A program made the position numbers and the translations under genes. Positions 1-9,639 of a DNA stretch of 57,126 nt are shown in pieces. Position 1 is the stretch's first letter; each line of letters begins with the position of its first letter. Origin of the DNA: Candidatus Thorarchaeota archaeon (GTDB taxonomy: Archaea > Asgardarchaeota > Thorarchaeia > Thorarchaeales > Thorarchaeaceae); NCBI GenBank assembly GCA_046758445.1, contig JBHIAE010000018.1, forward strand, positions 1 through 57,126. The letters are read 5' to 3'. The notes below the pieces were generated by a model, which made no database searches, had not been told where the DNA came from, and worked only from the letters and a program-made list of their open reading frames with translations.

Positions 1-127
1 CCCACCCCTCCCACTCTTTCTGTCCGAGTGTTACATCAGTTTTGCAACAGAGCCGATTGAAACGGAAGGAATAAAAGGAATATAGAATGCCACACACGCA
101 CTTCCGGATACATGGAGGTTCATACAA

Positions 128-1231
128 ATGAAAACCATGAAGCTGCCTGCAGCTCTCATAATTCTGGGGTTGCTATGGATTTTTGCAGTAGCAAATGTTA
201 ACGTGGTTGCTCAGGACAATTCGCTAAGTGCAATTACGACATCAGCCACCATAACTCTGGATGGTGAAGACTCTGAAGCCGCGTGGGGTGATGCTGATTC
301 ACTATCCTTGTTAGATGTTGAAGGTAGCGGAATTGACGTTACTCTCAAGGCGCTTCATGATGATAACTACCTGTATATGTATGCGACATGGACCGACTCC
401 ACCGAATCCAATACAAGACACGGGTGGTCATATGATGGTGTAAATTGGACAAACATCGGCGGTAACGAGGACCGAATGAACTTTGCGTGGAGTATCGGTG
501 GAGCTGAGATTGCTTGCGGCCACGATCCAGCAGGTGATGACACTACTGTGTTGTTCGACGTGTGGCACTGGAAGGCATCACGGACTGGTCCAGCAGGCTG
601 GGCGGACGACAAGTACTGGGATGGCACCGGGCGCCACGCGGACACTAAGACAGCAGGTGGCTATTTTGATAACTCCGTCGTTGCACAGGAAGGAGGGAAT
701 GGCACGGCCATTACTACAGCACTCGGCAACAGTTCCGACGTAACAGCGTTCAGCAATGAGGATAGACCTTTCTGGGACGCCAACGGTGATCCGATCTCAT
801 GGAGTGGTGGTGTCAATTCGACACCTCTGACAGATTTCATCCCTGGCTACAAGACAGTATTGCCCGCAGGCAGTCGTGGAGATGTTCACACAGGGTCCAG
901 ACATGATGGTTCGGCATGGCATGTTGAGTACAGGCGTGTTTTGGCCACCGGCAACGATGATGACATCGACTTTGCAGTTGAGTCCACCTATACATTCTAT
1001 CTATCGCTCCATGACAACGCAGGTGGCATGGATCACTTCAGATATGGGGGGTTCACTCCCACAGCAATTCAGCTTTCTATTGTTGCTGGGACTACAACTG
1101 CAACACCGCCTCCCACCACAACGCCCCCACCCCCCTCAATCTTTGATAACACCTTTGTCCTGATTGGGATCATTCTGGCTATCCTTGGTATAGCAATAGG
1201 ATTTGCTAGGACTCTGAATAGAAGCTCGTGA
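128..1231 (+). CDS. Secreted, C-terminally anchored DOMON/ethylbenzene-dehydrogenase-gamma-like heme-binding protein
   Basis: N-terminal signal peptide; motifs ITLDG...W, YLYMYATWTD, EDR...W, DVWHWKASRT, WHVEYRRVL typical of this family; Pro/Thr linker and C-terminal TM helix; GGAGG RBS upstream. Confidence 0.7.
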   Translation: MKTMKLPAALIILGLLWIFAVANVNVVAQDNSLSAITTSATITLDGEDSEAAWGDADSLSLLDVEGSGIDVTLKALHDDNYLYMYATWTDSTESNTRHGWSYDGVNWTNIGGNEDRMNFAWSIGGAEIACGHDPAGDDTTVLFDVWHWKASRTGPAGWADDKYWDGTGRHADTKTAGGYFDNSVVAQEGGNGTAITTALGNSSDVTAFSNEDRPFWDANGDPISWSGGVNSTPLTDFIPGYKTVLPAGSRGDVHTGSRHDGSAWHVEYRRVLATGNDDDIDFAVESTYTFYLSLHDNAGGMDHFRYGGFTPTAIQLSIVAGTTTATPPPTTTPPPPSIFDNTFVLIGIILAILGIAIGFARTLNRSS

Positions 1232-1689
1232 AGTGAGAGTCTGTCAATACTCAACGGAACTATGAATCGTTTGCTAAGCAGAGGCCATTCGCCTAAAGTG
1301 GGATTTGAATCCTTAGCTTCCGGTTCTTCCGGAGTCACTACGTATCATAAAAGCAAGATTGAACATAGGTGTTGATATAACAAGCCATCCTGTGCATTCA
1401 GACACCTGGAAGCTTCAGGAGGAGTTCAATTGAGATAATAGCTGCTTCTCTGACAAAAAGCTTTTTGACTACCACCATAGCTATGACATCTAGTCAAGTC
1501 ATTAGTGATAATCTAGTTTCTATCGAGTCAATTCACCGGGGATGTTCTGGTAGCCTACTTTCTCCTTCTTAGTTTCACGAATTGAAACACCCTAGTCACC
1601 TTTGGAGAAGAATAACTCACACCCAAAGCGTAGGAGAGCTTTTTTTTGGCTAATCGAATTTATGCTGTTCGAATTCCATCATATGTCTT

Positions 1690-2904
1690 TCACAGATCCA
1701 TCAATTCAATGAACAAATCCTCAATGTTGGCGATTTTGATGTCTGCGCCTCGCTTTCTTATCGCATCTGCGAAGTTGAGTTTACAGAAGACACATGCTGA
1801 AACAATCGTTGTTGCCCCTGTACTTATCGCATCTTCCAATCTTCGTTCTGCCACATTCAAGGCGCTATCTCCAAAGCCGGCCTTGAAACCACCTCCAGCT
1901 CCGCAGCATTTTGAATCATGGCCGTGACGATTCATCTCAACTAGCTCTAGCTCTGGGATGCTCCTCAGTATCTCACGAGGCGCTTCGAAGACTCCTACAT
2001 GTCGGCCCAGATGACAGGGATCGTGATATGTCACTTTCTCTGGATAGCCTTTCTTCCAATTAAGCTCGCCCTCCTTTAGCTTCATTGAGAGAAATTGCAC
2101 TAAGTGAAGAGTATCGGTAGGGAGGATTCCCTCCATCTTCCGGTAGTACACGGACCAGTCCAGAGTGACGGTCCTATAGCAGCCAGCACATGAGAAGATC
2201 AGATTCTCAATCCCTCTCCCTTCAATTGCCTCAATATTGTGACGGATTATTTCTGCCACATCGAGAGTTCCGATACGTTTTTTCTTGCTAGAGTCAGACG
2301 TTTCATAAACTGGCTTCTTGACTTGGCCCGTTCGAATTAAGGGGCTGCAGCAACAGAATTCTTCGGGACCAAGTATCTGCGGTTCTATGTCGAAATAGTT
2401 GAGCATTCGAACAGTGGCGTTGGCTATCTCTGGACGTCTGTAAGATGCGGTGCAACCTACAAAGTAACCCCATTTGGAGTCGTCCGATGTTTTTGCTCCT
2501 GGCTCAACCCAGCTTCCCCGCTCCTGAGGATCTTCACCAAAGACATTGTGTTTTGCGAAGACTTGGTCACCCATTACCTCAACTCTTCCCCACGGTCCTT
2601 TCTTGATATCGACAAGTCGTTTCCGAACGCTTTCAATTATCTCAACGTAAGGAACGTTAACAGGACATCTTTCCACACATTGTTCGCATGTCGTACAAGC
2701 ATACATTGATCTGACAAAGTCCTCATCTATGGGGAGATTCTTCTCGGAATAAGATCGAAGGAGTCTGAGTCTTCCACCAGCAAACATTGCTTCAGTCTCG
2801 AACTCCTCGTAGCTAGTACATGTCCATCTGCACGTTGCACAGTTACTGCAATGAACAACTAGGTCAGGATCAATTTTGATTTTGGACCCAAGGAGAGGAG
2901 CCAT
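1690..2904 (-). CDS. HdrD/GlpC/GlcF-type Fe-S protein (2x[4Fe-4S] plus two CCG domains)
   Basis: CSNCATCRWTC and CTTCEQCVERCP ferredoxin motifs; FVGC, FCCC, CAGC, YHDPCHLGR, CCGAGGG, ACVFC. Confidence 0.9.
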   Translation of the reverse strand: MAPLLGSKIKIDPDLVVHCSNCATCRWTCTSYEEFETEAMFAGGRLRLLRSYSEKNLPIDEDFVRSMYACTTCEQCVERCPVNVPYVEIIESVRKRLVDIKKGPWGRVEVMGDQVFAKHNVFGEDPQERGSWVEPGAKTSDDSKWGYFVGCTASYRRPEIANATVRMLNYFDIEPQILGPEEFCCCSPLIRTGQVKKPVYETSDSSKKKRIGTLDVAEIIRHNIEAIEGRGIENLIFSCAGCYRTVTLDWSVYYRKMEGILPTDTLHLVQFLSMKLKEGELNWKKGYPEKVTYHDPCHLGRHVGVFEAPREILRSIPELELVEMNRHGHDSKCCGAGGGFKAGFGDSALNVAERRLEDAISTGATTIVSACVFCKLNFADAIRKRGADIKIANIEDLFIELMDL

Positions 2905-4395
2905 CTACAGAATCCCTCCTTGGCCTGACACAGGCACATCGCATAACGTTTCTCTACCCCTCAACTTGATCTGAAGCCTTCTGAATAGTCCATTCATATT
3001 AAACATGAGATTCATGCGGGTGTATGAGATATTAGTGTGAGTGAGCTTATCTGGATTCATAATTCCGTTAGGATCCCACTTTTGGCGCAACTCAATAAAT
3101 CGATGATAATGTTCAGGTTGGTATCGTTTCAGGTAAATCGAGTTTTGCAGCCCGTAGGTGTACAGCTCTGCGCCTTCTTGATATGCAGTCTTGACTAAGT
3201 GATGGAGCATTGTTTTCCCTGCCATGAAATGCATCCAATGGCGATGGTCCGAAGGAGCGAAAACACACATCCGCGTCATGTTCCTGTTTCCATATACTAA
3301 ATAGAAGCAGGAGCAGATGCTGTAGTTCTCTGCAATCTTGTTCATTTTCCTAACTACTGGTCCAATCCTTGTGAGTGGGATCCAAAAGTTCTGCATTGAC
3401 AAGGTCGGCACCTCGAGCTTAAGCTTCATTTCTACTTTGAACCGTTCTTCCCAACCTTTCTCGTAATATGCTGGTCCAAGATCTTGGCCACCAGCCTCCT
3501 CCAAGATTTGTCTGCCTGTGTCCAGCGCTTCCTTCAAAACCGTCACACTGCCATCATAGACCGCTAATACAAATACCGACCCTCTCGAATGCGGTGGTAG
3601 TCCTCCCTGAATCCTCCATTCATACTCGAGGTCGGTCATCCGTAGATAGACAGGCTTGTTTCGTGCCTTGCTCAGCTTGTCCACAGCACGTATTGCCGCG
3701 TCCAGATCATAGAATGCGTACATGAAGCCACCCACCGTTTCTGGAAGGGAACGAACTCTCATTTTGATTTGAGTGATAATGCCAGTTATTCCTGCAGTAC
3801 CCTCGAATTCCTCTATGTCCTCACCATCAATCGTTTCAATCCTGCCATCTGGCCGCACTACTTCAGCTTCGAGGATATTCTCAGAAAAAGAACCATATTT
3901 CGGAGTACCGATTCCCGACTTTCCTCCAGTTCCCAACCACCCTGCAATTGTGGACGCGACTGCACTTTGAGGTGCCACGCGTAACGCAAGGCCATGTTTA
4001 CTGAGCTCAAGGTCAACCACTTCGAATACAGCTCCTGCCTGCACTCGTACCCACTCCTGCTCACTGTTGATTTCGAGAATCTTATTCATTCGTTTGGTAT
4101 CGACTACCAATCCTCCTCGTGTTGGACTTGCTGAACCATAATAGCACGTTCCTCCGCCCCTTGCGACGACCGGAATCTGATGTGCTGAGGCGTATTCTAG
4201 GAGTGACGAAACATCCTCAGCTTGAATTGGCCAGGCCACATAGTCAGCAAGCCATTTTTTCTTCCATCGGTAGTGATAGTAGGGTGTTCCCGTAGTGTCA
4301 CCACTAGCAGATAGACGCTCTGCTAGGCTCGAGCTGATCCAGGGAAGCTCGTCCAATTTGCGGATATCAAATGCCTCAACTTGAACCTCGTTCAT
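2905..4395 (-). CDS. FAD-binding oxidoreductase, GlcD/D-lactate dehydrogenase fold (HYRWK subtype)
   Basis: PVVARGGGT, P.S...STIAGW, G..GIIT motifs; C-terminal WDPNGIMNPDK. Confidence 0.85.
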   Translation of the reverse strand: MNEVQVEAFDIRKLDELPWISSSLAERLSASGDTTGTPYYHYRWKKKWLADYVAWPIQAEDVSSLLEYASAHQIPVVARGGGTCYYGSASPTRGGLVVDTKRMNKILEINSEQEWVRVQAGAVFEVVDLELSKHGLALRVAPQSAVASTIAGWLGTGGKSGIGTPKYGSFSENILEAEVVRPDGRIETIDGEDIEEFEGTAGITGIITQIKMRVRSLPETVGGFMYAFYDLDAAIRAVDKLSKARNKPVYLRMTDLEYEWRIQGGLPPHSRGSVFVLAVYDGSVTVLKEALDTGRQILEEAGGQDLGPAYYEKGWEERFKVEMKLKLEVPTLSMQNFWIPLTRIGPVVRKMNKIAENYSICSCFYLVYGNRNMTRMCVFAPSDHRHWMHFMAGKTMLHHLVKTAYQEGAELYTYGLQNSIYLKRYQPEHYHRFIELRQKWDPNGIMNPDKLTHTNISYTRMNLMFNMNGLFRRLQIKLRGRETLCDVPVSGQGGIL

Positions 4396-4407
4396 TTCTT
4401 GCTACCT

Positions 4408-4815
4408 CTACATTAGGAATTGAACATACCCCATCACGAATGCCATTGTCCAGCAGACAAGTGCCACAAGTCCGGGAATCTTGGTCCTGATTCCACTTAT
4501 TCCAGTCAAGAAAGCACCAATCCCAAACCCGTAACCGATTATTCCGAGTACTATGTGGATCATATGGAAGAGGTCAACCGGAGGAGCGGAAAGAACAGTG
4601 TTCGTCATAGGGATAATCACTACTATATTGATTGTCGTCAGCAACAAGGAAAGGCCAGCACACACACCGTGCGCGAAAGTGTATTTCTCCTTTGAAATGT
4701 AGTATAGTAGAGTCCCAATTCCGAGAAGAACTATTGCAGGGAGTCCGAGAATAATCGTCATATGCCAATTCATGCCGGCCTGCAATGGCACCAGCGATAT
4801 TTGTCTTTGGACCAT
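4408..4815 (-). CDS. Four-TM His-rich membrane protein, putative cytochrome b
   Basis: Start trimmed to ATG 4815 (MVQRQ). Four hydrophobic helices with WH, HG and HMIH histidines; aligns with the C-terminal domain of 21369..22607. Confidence 0.6.
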   Translation of the reverse strand: MVQRQISLVPLQAGMNWHMTIILGLPAIVLLGIGTLLYYISKEKYTFAHGVCAGLSLLLTTINIVVIIPMTNTVLSAPPVDLFHMIHIVLGIIGYGFGIGAFLTGISGIRTKIPGLVALVCWTMAFVMGYVQFLM

Positions 4816-4906
4816 TATCTTCGCCTTTTGTTTCTCTTGACTAGTCTTGTTCCGAGCACAAGATTGCCTAAGTTGAATTTGCCCGGCGTGCGTCCGGACA
4901 AATCGG

Positions 4907-5028
4907 TATATTAAACTGTTTCTAGCGGTGCATTTGTGCGAACGCGTTTTCCTCACATAGAATCGATCAAAGTTGAAACCGGAATGAGACTAGTCCTCTG
5001 TACTCAAAGAAGGACAACTTTTATTTAT
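4907..5028. promoter_or_regulatory. Divergent archaeal promoters (TATA-like boxes)
   Basis: TTTAATATA on the minus strand at ~4907-4915. TTTATTTA on the plus strand at ~5020-5027, ~25 nt before ATG 5053, consistent with a leaderless mRNA. Confidence 0.45.
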
Positions 5029-5052
5029 CGCATCTTTTCCTAAGCTTGTGCC

Positions 5053-6978
5053 ATGCAGAACGACAACCGGCGGCATTCCCCGGCTCAGAAGATTGGATTT
5101 TCCCTAGTTGTCTTTTCTTTCATTATTGTTGGAGTTCTCGCGCTGGCTCCGGCAGCTTTTGCCCAACCCCCGACCAATAGGGAGTTTGTAGTGGTCGCCA
5201 GACAGTATGCGTTTGAGCCGAATTTCATCCATGTCAACTTTGGCGATAATGTAACTATTCGGCTGAGGACTGCAGATGTGGCACATGGAATGTACATTGA
5301 TGGGTATGACATAAACATCAAGCTCTTTCCTGAAAGTCCTTCGGACGAAACTGTCGTCACTTTTGTCGCGAATAGGGCGGGAGTGTTCAGGTACAGGTGC
5401 TCGATTACTTGTGGGGGTTTTCATCCTTTCATGATGGGAAAGTTGATCGTTGAGCCTGGTTACGAGTTTCCCATCTCCATAGCACTAGCATGGGGATTGT
5501 CAATTGCCGCCATTGGACTCTATTGGATGAGTCGCTTTGACCCTCTAGAGGAACCAAAGCCATCCGAGAAGATCAACCTACTTAGCTTCAGATTGATTAA
5601 GAAGCTACTTAGGAGTCGAATCGTCCAGTTCACCATATTGTTGGCCACATTAGCTATCTTTGTCTGGGTAATAATGTCTGGCCTCGTTGGGACTCCTGTT
5701 GGAAATAGGAACTTCTCAGTAGTTATGGTATGGATCATATGGTGGGCGGCTTTGATGATATTCATGGTGCCCATTGGAGGCAGATTATGGTGCATGATTT
5801 GCCCACTGCCCGCATTGGGAGAGTGGTCCCAGCGAGGATCCCTTACCACAAAGAGCGAGAAGCCGCATGGCCTGATGAAGAGATGGCCAAAGAAACTGGA
5901 TAATATCTGGCTTCAGAATGCAGGTTTTCTCTGCCTTACAATATTCATTGGTGTGATGATTGTAAGTTCGCTAGCCACTGCTATATTGATGCTCTTGCTT
6001 ATCGTCCTCCCCTTAGGGCTCTCGTTTGTGTTCAAGGACCGAGTGTTCTGTCGCTACCTTTGCCCGGTATCAGGGTTCATTGGACTTTATGCCAATGCCG
6101 GCATGCTAGAGCTCAGAGTAGAAGACCGAACGGTCTGCAGAAAACATATAGAGAGTAAGGATTGTATCCAAGGCAATGAACATGGCTATGGGTGTCCATG
6201 GTTCGAGTTTCCCCAGAACCTTGATAGGAATGCCTACTGTGGACTTTGCCTTGAATGCATAAAGACATGTCCCAAAGACAACATCACCCTGAACTTCCGA
6301 CTTGGCGGAGAAGATCTGCAAATCGACCCTTGGGGTGGTCGTAGAAAGCGCAAGCTTGACGAAGCTTGGAAAGCCTTCATAATGCTCACGTTGTCATTCC
6401 TCTATGGGCTTGTATTCATGGGGCCATACGCCTTCCTCAAGGACATGGCACGGATGGCTTCTTTGAATCAGTGGTTATCTTTCATCGCCTTGGTGTGGAC
6501 TTTAGCGCTTATTCTCGTGCCGGGAACCTTTGTTGGGTTCGTTGCAATTGCCAAACGAGTGTCTGGAAACAAAGAAATCACGCTGAAGAAACTAGTCATC
6601 AATTTCTCGAATGCATTGGTTCCACTTGGGCTCCTAGCTTGGGTGGCATTTAGCGTCGCAATAGTGATGATTCAAGGATCTCTTCTTATCCCGGTAATAG
6701 CTGACCCCTTTGGGTGGGGCTGGGATATTTTCGCTTTGGTTGGCAACCCATTTGGGCTAGGAATTGATTATCCATGGCAACCCTACTTCACGACATTCAT
6801 TCCGTTCATCCAGATAGCCATCTTATTGGGCGGTCTGTATCTTGGAGTGAGAGCTGTTCACCAGATAGCATTGAGAGTGTTCGAGGACAGGACGCAGGCT
6901 GTCAAGGCGTCGATCCCTATCATCATATACATGACGCTATTCACAATGTTGCTACTGTGGCTTTGGGCAGGTGGGTGA
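5053..6978 (+). CDS. CuA-type cupredoxin domain fused to NosR/NapH/YccM-like polytopic membrane Fe-S domain
   Basis: DVAHG...CSITCGGFHPFM (H...CxxxCxxxHxxM CuA pattern); GRLWCMICP and FCRYLCP motifs; CGLCLECIKTCP ferredoxin motif; many TM helices. Confidence 0.8.
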   Translation: MQNDNRRHSPAQKIGFSLVVFSFIIVGVLALAPAAFAQPPTNREFVVVARQYAFEPNFIHVNFGDNVTIRLRTADVAHGMYIDGYDINIKLFPESPSDETVVTFVANRAGVFRYRCSITCGGFHPFMMGKLIVEPGYEFPISIALAWGLSIAAIGLYWMSRFDPLEEPKPSEKINLLSFRLIKKLLRSRIVQFTILLATLAIFVWVIMSGLVGTPVGNRNFSVVMVWIIWWAALMIFMVPIGGRLWCMICPLPALGEWSQRGSLTTKSEKPHGLMKRWPKKLDNIWLQNAGFLCLTIFIGVMIVSSLATAILMLLLIVLPLGLSFVFKDRVFCRYLCPVSGFIGLYANAGMLELRVEDRTVCRKHIESKDCIQGNEHGYGCPWFEFPQNLDRNAYCGLCLECIKTCPKDNITLNFRLGGEDLQIDPWGGRRKRKLDEAWKAFIMLTLSFLYGLVFMGPYAFLKDMARMASLNQWLSFIALVWTLALILVPGTFVGFVAIAKRVSGNKEITLKKLVINFSNALVPLGLLAWVAFSVAIVMIQGSLLIPVIADPFGWGWDIFALVGNPFGLGIDYPWQPYFTTFIPFIQIAILLGGLYLGVRAVHQIALRVFEDRTQAVKASIPIIIYMTLFTMLLLWLWAGG

Positions 6979-6983
6979 TCAAT

Positions 6984-7355
6984 ATGAAGAAATGTGAGCT
7001 ATTTGCGATTGTCTTAGTCTTCGGGGTCGTCATCATAATGCCCAATGGTATATTGTGGGTGGACCAGAATCTCTTCAAGACTCCAGACACGATCTTTGTA
7101 CACTTAAGACAGTACGAATTTGATCCTGCCACTATCGAAGTCAGCCTGGGTGATACCGTGGAGCTTCTTGTTACGAGTGATGATGTCGTGCATGGATTCT
7201 CGATCCCTGATTACGGAATAAATGAACTAATCTATCCAGGCCATCCGGTGTGGATTTCTTTCGTGGCAGACACAGCAGGTACGTTCGAAATGGCGTGTTC
7301 AATCTGGTGCGGCGTTGGACATTATGACATGACCGGCGAGCTTGTCGTCACATGA
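6984..7355 (+). CDS. Membrane-anchored CuA cupredoxin (cytochrome oxidase subunit II C-terminal-like domain)
   Basis: Start trimmed to ATG 6984 after a GGTGA RBS; N-terminal TM helix; DVVHG...CSIWCGVGHYDM. Confidence 0.8.
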   Translation: MKKCELFAIVLVFGVVIIMPNGILWVDQNLFKTPDTIFVHLRQYEFDPATIEVSLGDTVELLVTSDDVVHGFSIPDYGINELIYPGHPVWISFVADTAGTFEMACSIWCGVGHYDMTGELVVT

Positions 7356-7896
7356 GACTTCAGGTTAGTCGGCGGCCTATCAAAGAAAGAGCAATCAGAA
7401 CTCGGCCGCATTGATCTGAGAATCGATGAATTAGTGGCACATAATTGCCATTCCATATCCTAGCTCGGATCATATTCGACGATAAATGGTATTGTATCTG
7501 CTAGATTCGAGGATAATGACGGATTTGCACACTGTTGAACCATCAATGCTAAGGACTTCGCTCCGGTATACTCTGGCATAAACGCACGTAAGACTAGAGA
7601 TGCCGCTGCGGAAATTGTATGGAAACCAGCTGCAGTCGAATGGGCGACTCACAATAGGGTCTTCTTGAATACCAGCTAGATTTGGTCGGCATGGGCGGAC
7701 TGAGTGTAGTTTCAATGATAATCTTTGGTCATCTTCGAAAGATGCAGAGAATAGGCCCTTCTCTCTCACAATTTTCTTATATTATCCAATTATATAGACG
7801 AACAACAGAGTGAATCGACTACACCGGTAGGTTTTGACCGAGAGCCCTCTAGCAACTACTAGAGGCCGTTATGCCTATAGGACCAAGCATAGTGAC

Positions 7897-9630
7897 TCAG
7901 TGCCATATTCTTCTCCCTAACCTCAAAATGGGTCGACCGATAGTGAGCAAGAATGACACTGTAATGTTGTTCATAATCTCGACAATGAAGACTCCGGCTA
8001 CGAGTCCCATACTAAACACTGTGATTAGGCCCCAGATACTTCTCAGGTCAAGCCATGGTTCAATCCAGAGGAAGACAAAGAAATCAGGGAACCAGTCCAT
8101 AGCTAGCCAAACCACGAAGACAGCCATTACAGCTGCAATCAGTGACACAAGCAAACTAAGTCTGAAAGAAACTTTCAGGGGTCCAGTAAACACTTTGTGC
8201 GGGTTAGCGATGTTTTTCGGATCTGTATTCTTCTTCAATCCAGACATATGCCTATAGTCGTTGTTGCCGTAAAATGGTCTTGAATGAGACACATTCCACA
8301 TACCAATGGAATACGCGCTACCACCATGCTCGACTCCAATAGCAATAACATCGAGTGACCGGTACCATCCCATCAAGAATGAGATCCGTTTTCGTTCGTC
8401 ATCCAAGAACCATGTGAGAACTGCAACCTTCCCTTCATTGGTGACTGCTCCCTCTGTAGCAAATCTCTCCCTCTTGAAGTGGCGCTCTAGATGAGCAAGG
8501 AAATCCCCCAGATTATCGATAGGAACATAGACCTCGGAAGGTGCAAGACTTGGTCCAAGTCGCTTAATCCTCATTGGATAGAATCGCTCCTCCCAGGCAT
8601 GATCAGCTACCTCCTCGGACTCAACCTTGCCACTCCATCGTTCTACAACATGCGCCATTTTCCTTACTTCATCTTCTACCTCTGATTCTTCACCTTCGTA
8701 AGCAGCTAAAATGACCCATTCTCCAGTTGTTTCTGGTGCCCGCCCAAGTTCTTTGAGCATTCTGTGAGTTGTGTCGTTAGTAAAATGGAGATAGAAAGGT
8801 CTAGTCACATCAAGTATGTCTCGGAGGGCACCAGCCATTAGATCCCTACTGCGAAATGTTGCCACATAGGGATGTATACTCCTTAGTTCATTTAACTTCA
8901 GTACCACTTTTGTGATGATTCCAAGTGAGCCGTTGCTGTCCACGAACAGCCTTGTGAGATTCTGTTCCTCATGCGTATCTGGGGATTCGACTGAAAAGAA
9001 GTATGTTTCATCACTTGGATGATACTCGTACTTCTCAGGATCTCGAAACATTTCAAGTGAAACTTCGCTTGTTCTAATCGCAACACCATTGGGAAGGACA
9101 ACCTCCAAGTCCACAACAATATCTTTGATTCCGCCATACCTTGTACTGCCTATTCCAGTCCCACCGGCGGCAACCCATCCGCCAACTGTACTTGAAGGTG
9201 CACTTGAAGGATATGCAGGAACTGTCAGTCTTTCATCCTCAAGTATCTCTAGAAGGTTTCCCCATATTATACCAGCTCCCACCTCAACTGTCATTGCATC
9301 ACGGTCAATACGAAATACCTCATTCATCCGTGTCATCTCGACCACGACGCCGCTTCTGGTTGGCAAAACCCCACCATATCCGCTTGTGCCATGTCCCCTT
9401 GGGATCATAGGAATCTCGTACTCTACACAGTATTTGGTTAGGTTCGAAACTATCTCTGTGCTCGTAGGTTGAGCCACTGCGTCAGCCTTGGTCTCTAGTA
9501 GATCATTTACAATTCCGGGAAGTGTAGCTATGTCCGTGGAATATATCTCTGTCATGTAAGGTTCCGCGGAGAAGAAGTCCTCTCCTACAATATCCGCCAT
9601 TTCTCGTAGCCGGTTTTTGTGCAACGCCAT
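7897..9630 (-). CDS. FAD-binding oxidoreductase, GlcD fold, with C-terminal TM anchor
   Basis: PRGHGTSGYGG, YPSSAPSSTVGGWVAAGG, GSLGIITK, NPHKVF followed by hydrophobic helices. Likely start ATG 9630 (MALHK) after GGTGA; the ORF track uses GTG 9639. Confidence 0.85.
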   Translation of the reverse strand: MALHKNRLREMADIVGEDFFSAEPYMTEIYSTDIATLPGIVNDLLETKADAVAQPTSTEIVSNLTKYCVEYEIPMIPRGHGTSGYGGVLPTRSGVVVEMTRMNEVFRIDRDAMTVEVGAGIIWGNLLEILEDERLTVPAYPSSAPSSTVGGWVAAGGTGIGSTRYGGIKDIVVDLEVVLPNGVAIRTSEVSLEMFRDPEKYEYHPSDETYFFSVESPDTHEEQNLTRLFVDSNGSLGIITKVVLKLNELRSIHPYVATFRSRDLMAGALRDILDVTRPFYLHFTNDTTHRMLKELGRAPETTGEWVILAAYEGEESEVEDEVRKMAHVVERWSGKVESEEVADHAWEERFYPMRIKRLGPSLAPSEVYVPIDNLGDFLAHLERHFKRERFATEGAVTNEGKVAVLTWFLDDERKRISFLMGWYRSLDVIAIGVEHGGSAYSIGMWNVSHSRPFYGNNDYRHMSGLKKNTDPKNIANPHKVFTGPLKVSFRLSLLVSLIAAVMAVFVVWLAMDWFPDFFVFLWIEPWLDLRSIWGLITVFSMGLVAGVFIVEIMNNITVSFLLTIGRPILRLGRRIWH

Positions 9631-9639
9631 GTAAATCAC

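Noticed and set aside
5053-7355. Cytochrome c oxidase or N2O reductase operon
   Set aside because: Only CuA domains are present; no heme-copper subunit I or NosZ catalytic domain in the window.
7356-7896. ORF 7470..7769 or a pseudogene in the convergent gap
   Set aside because: No recognisable motifs in the frames read; cannot support a call.
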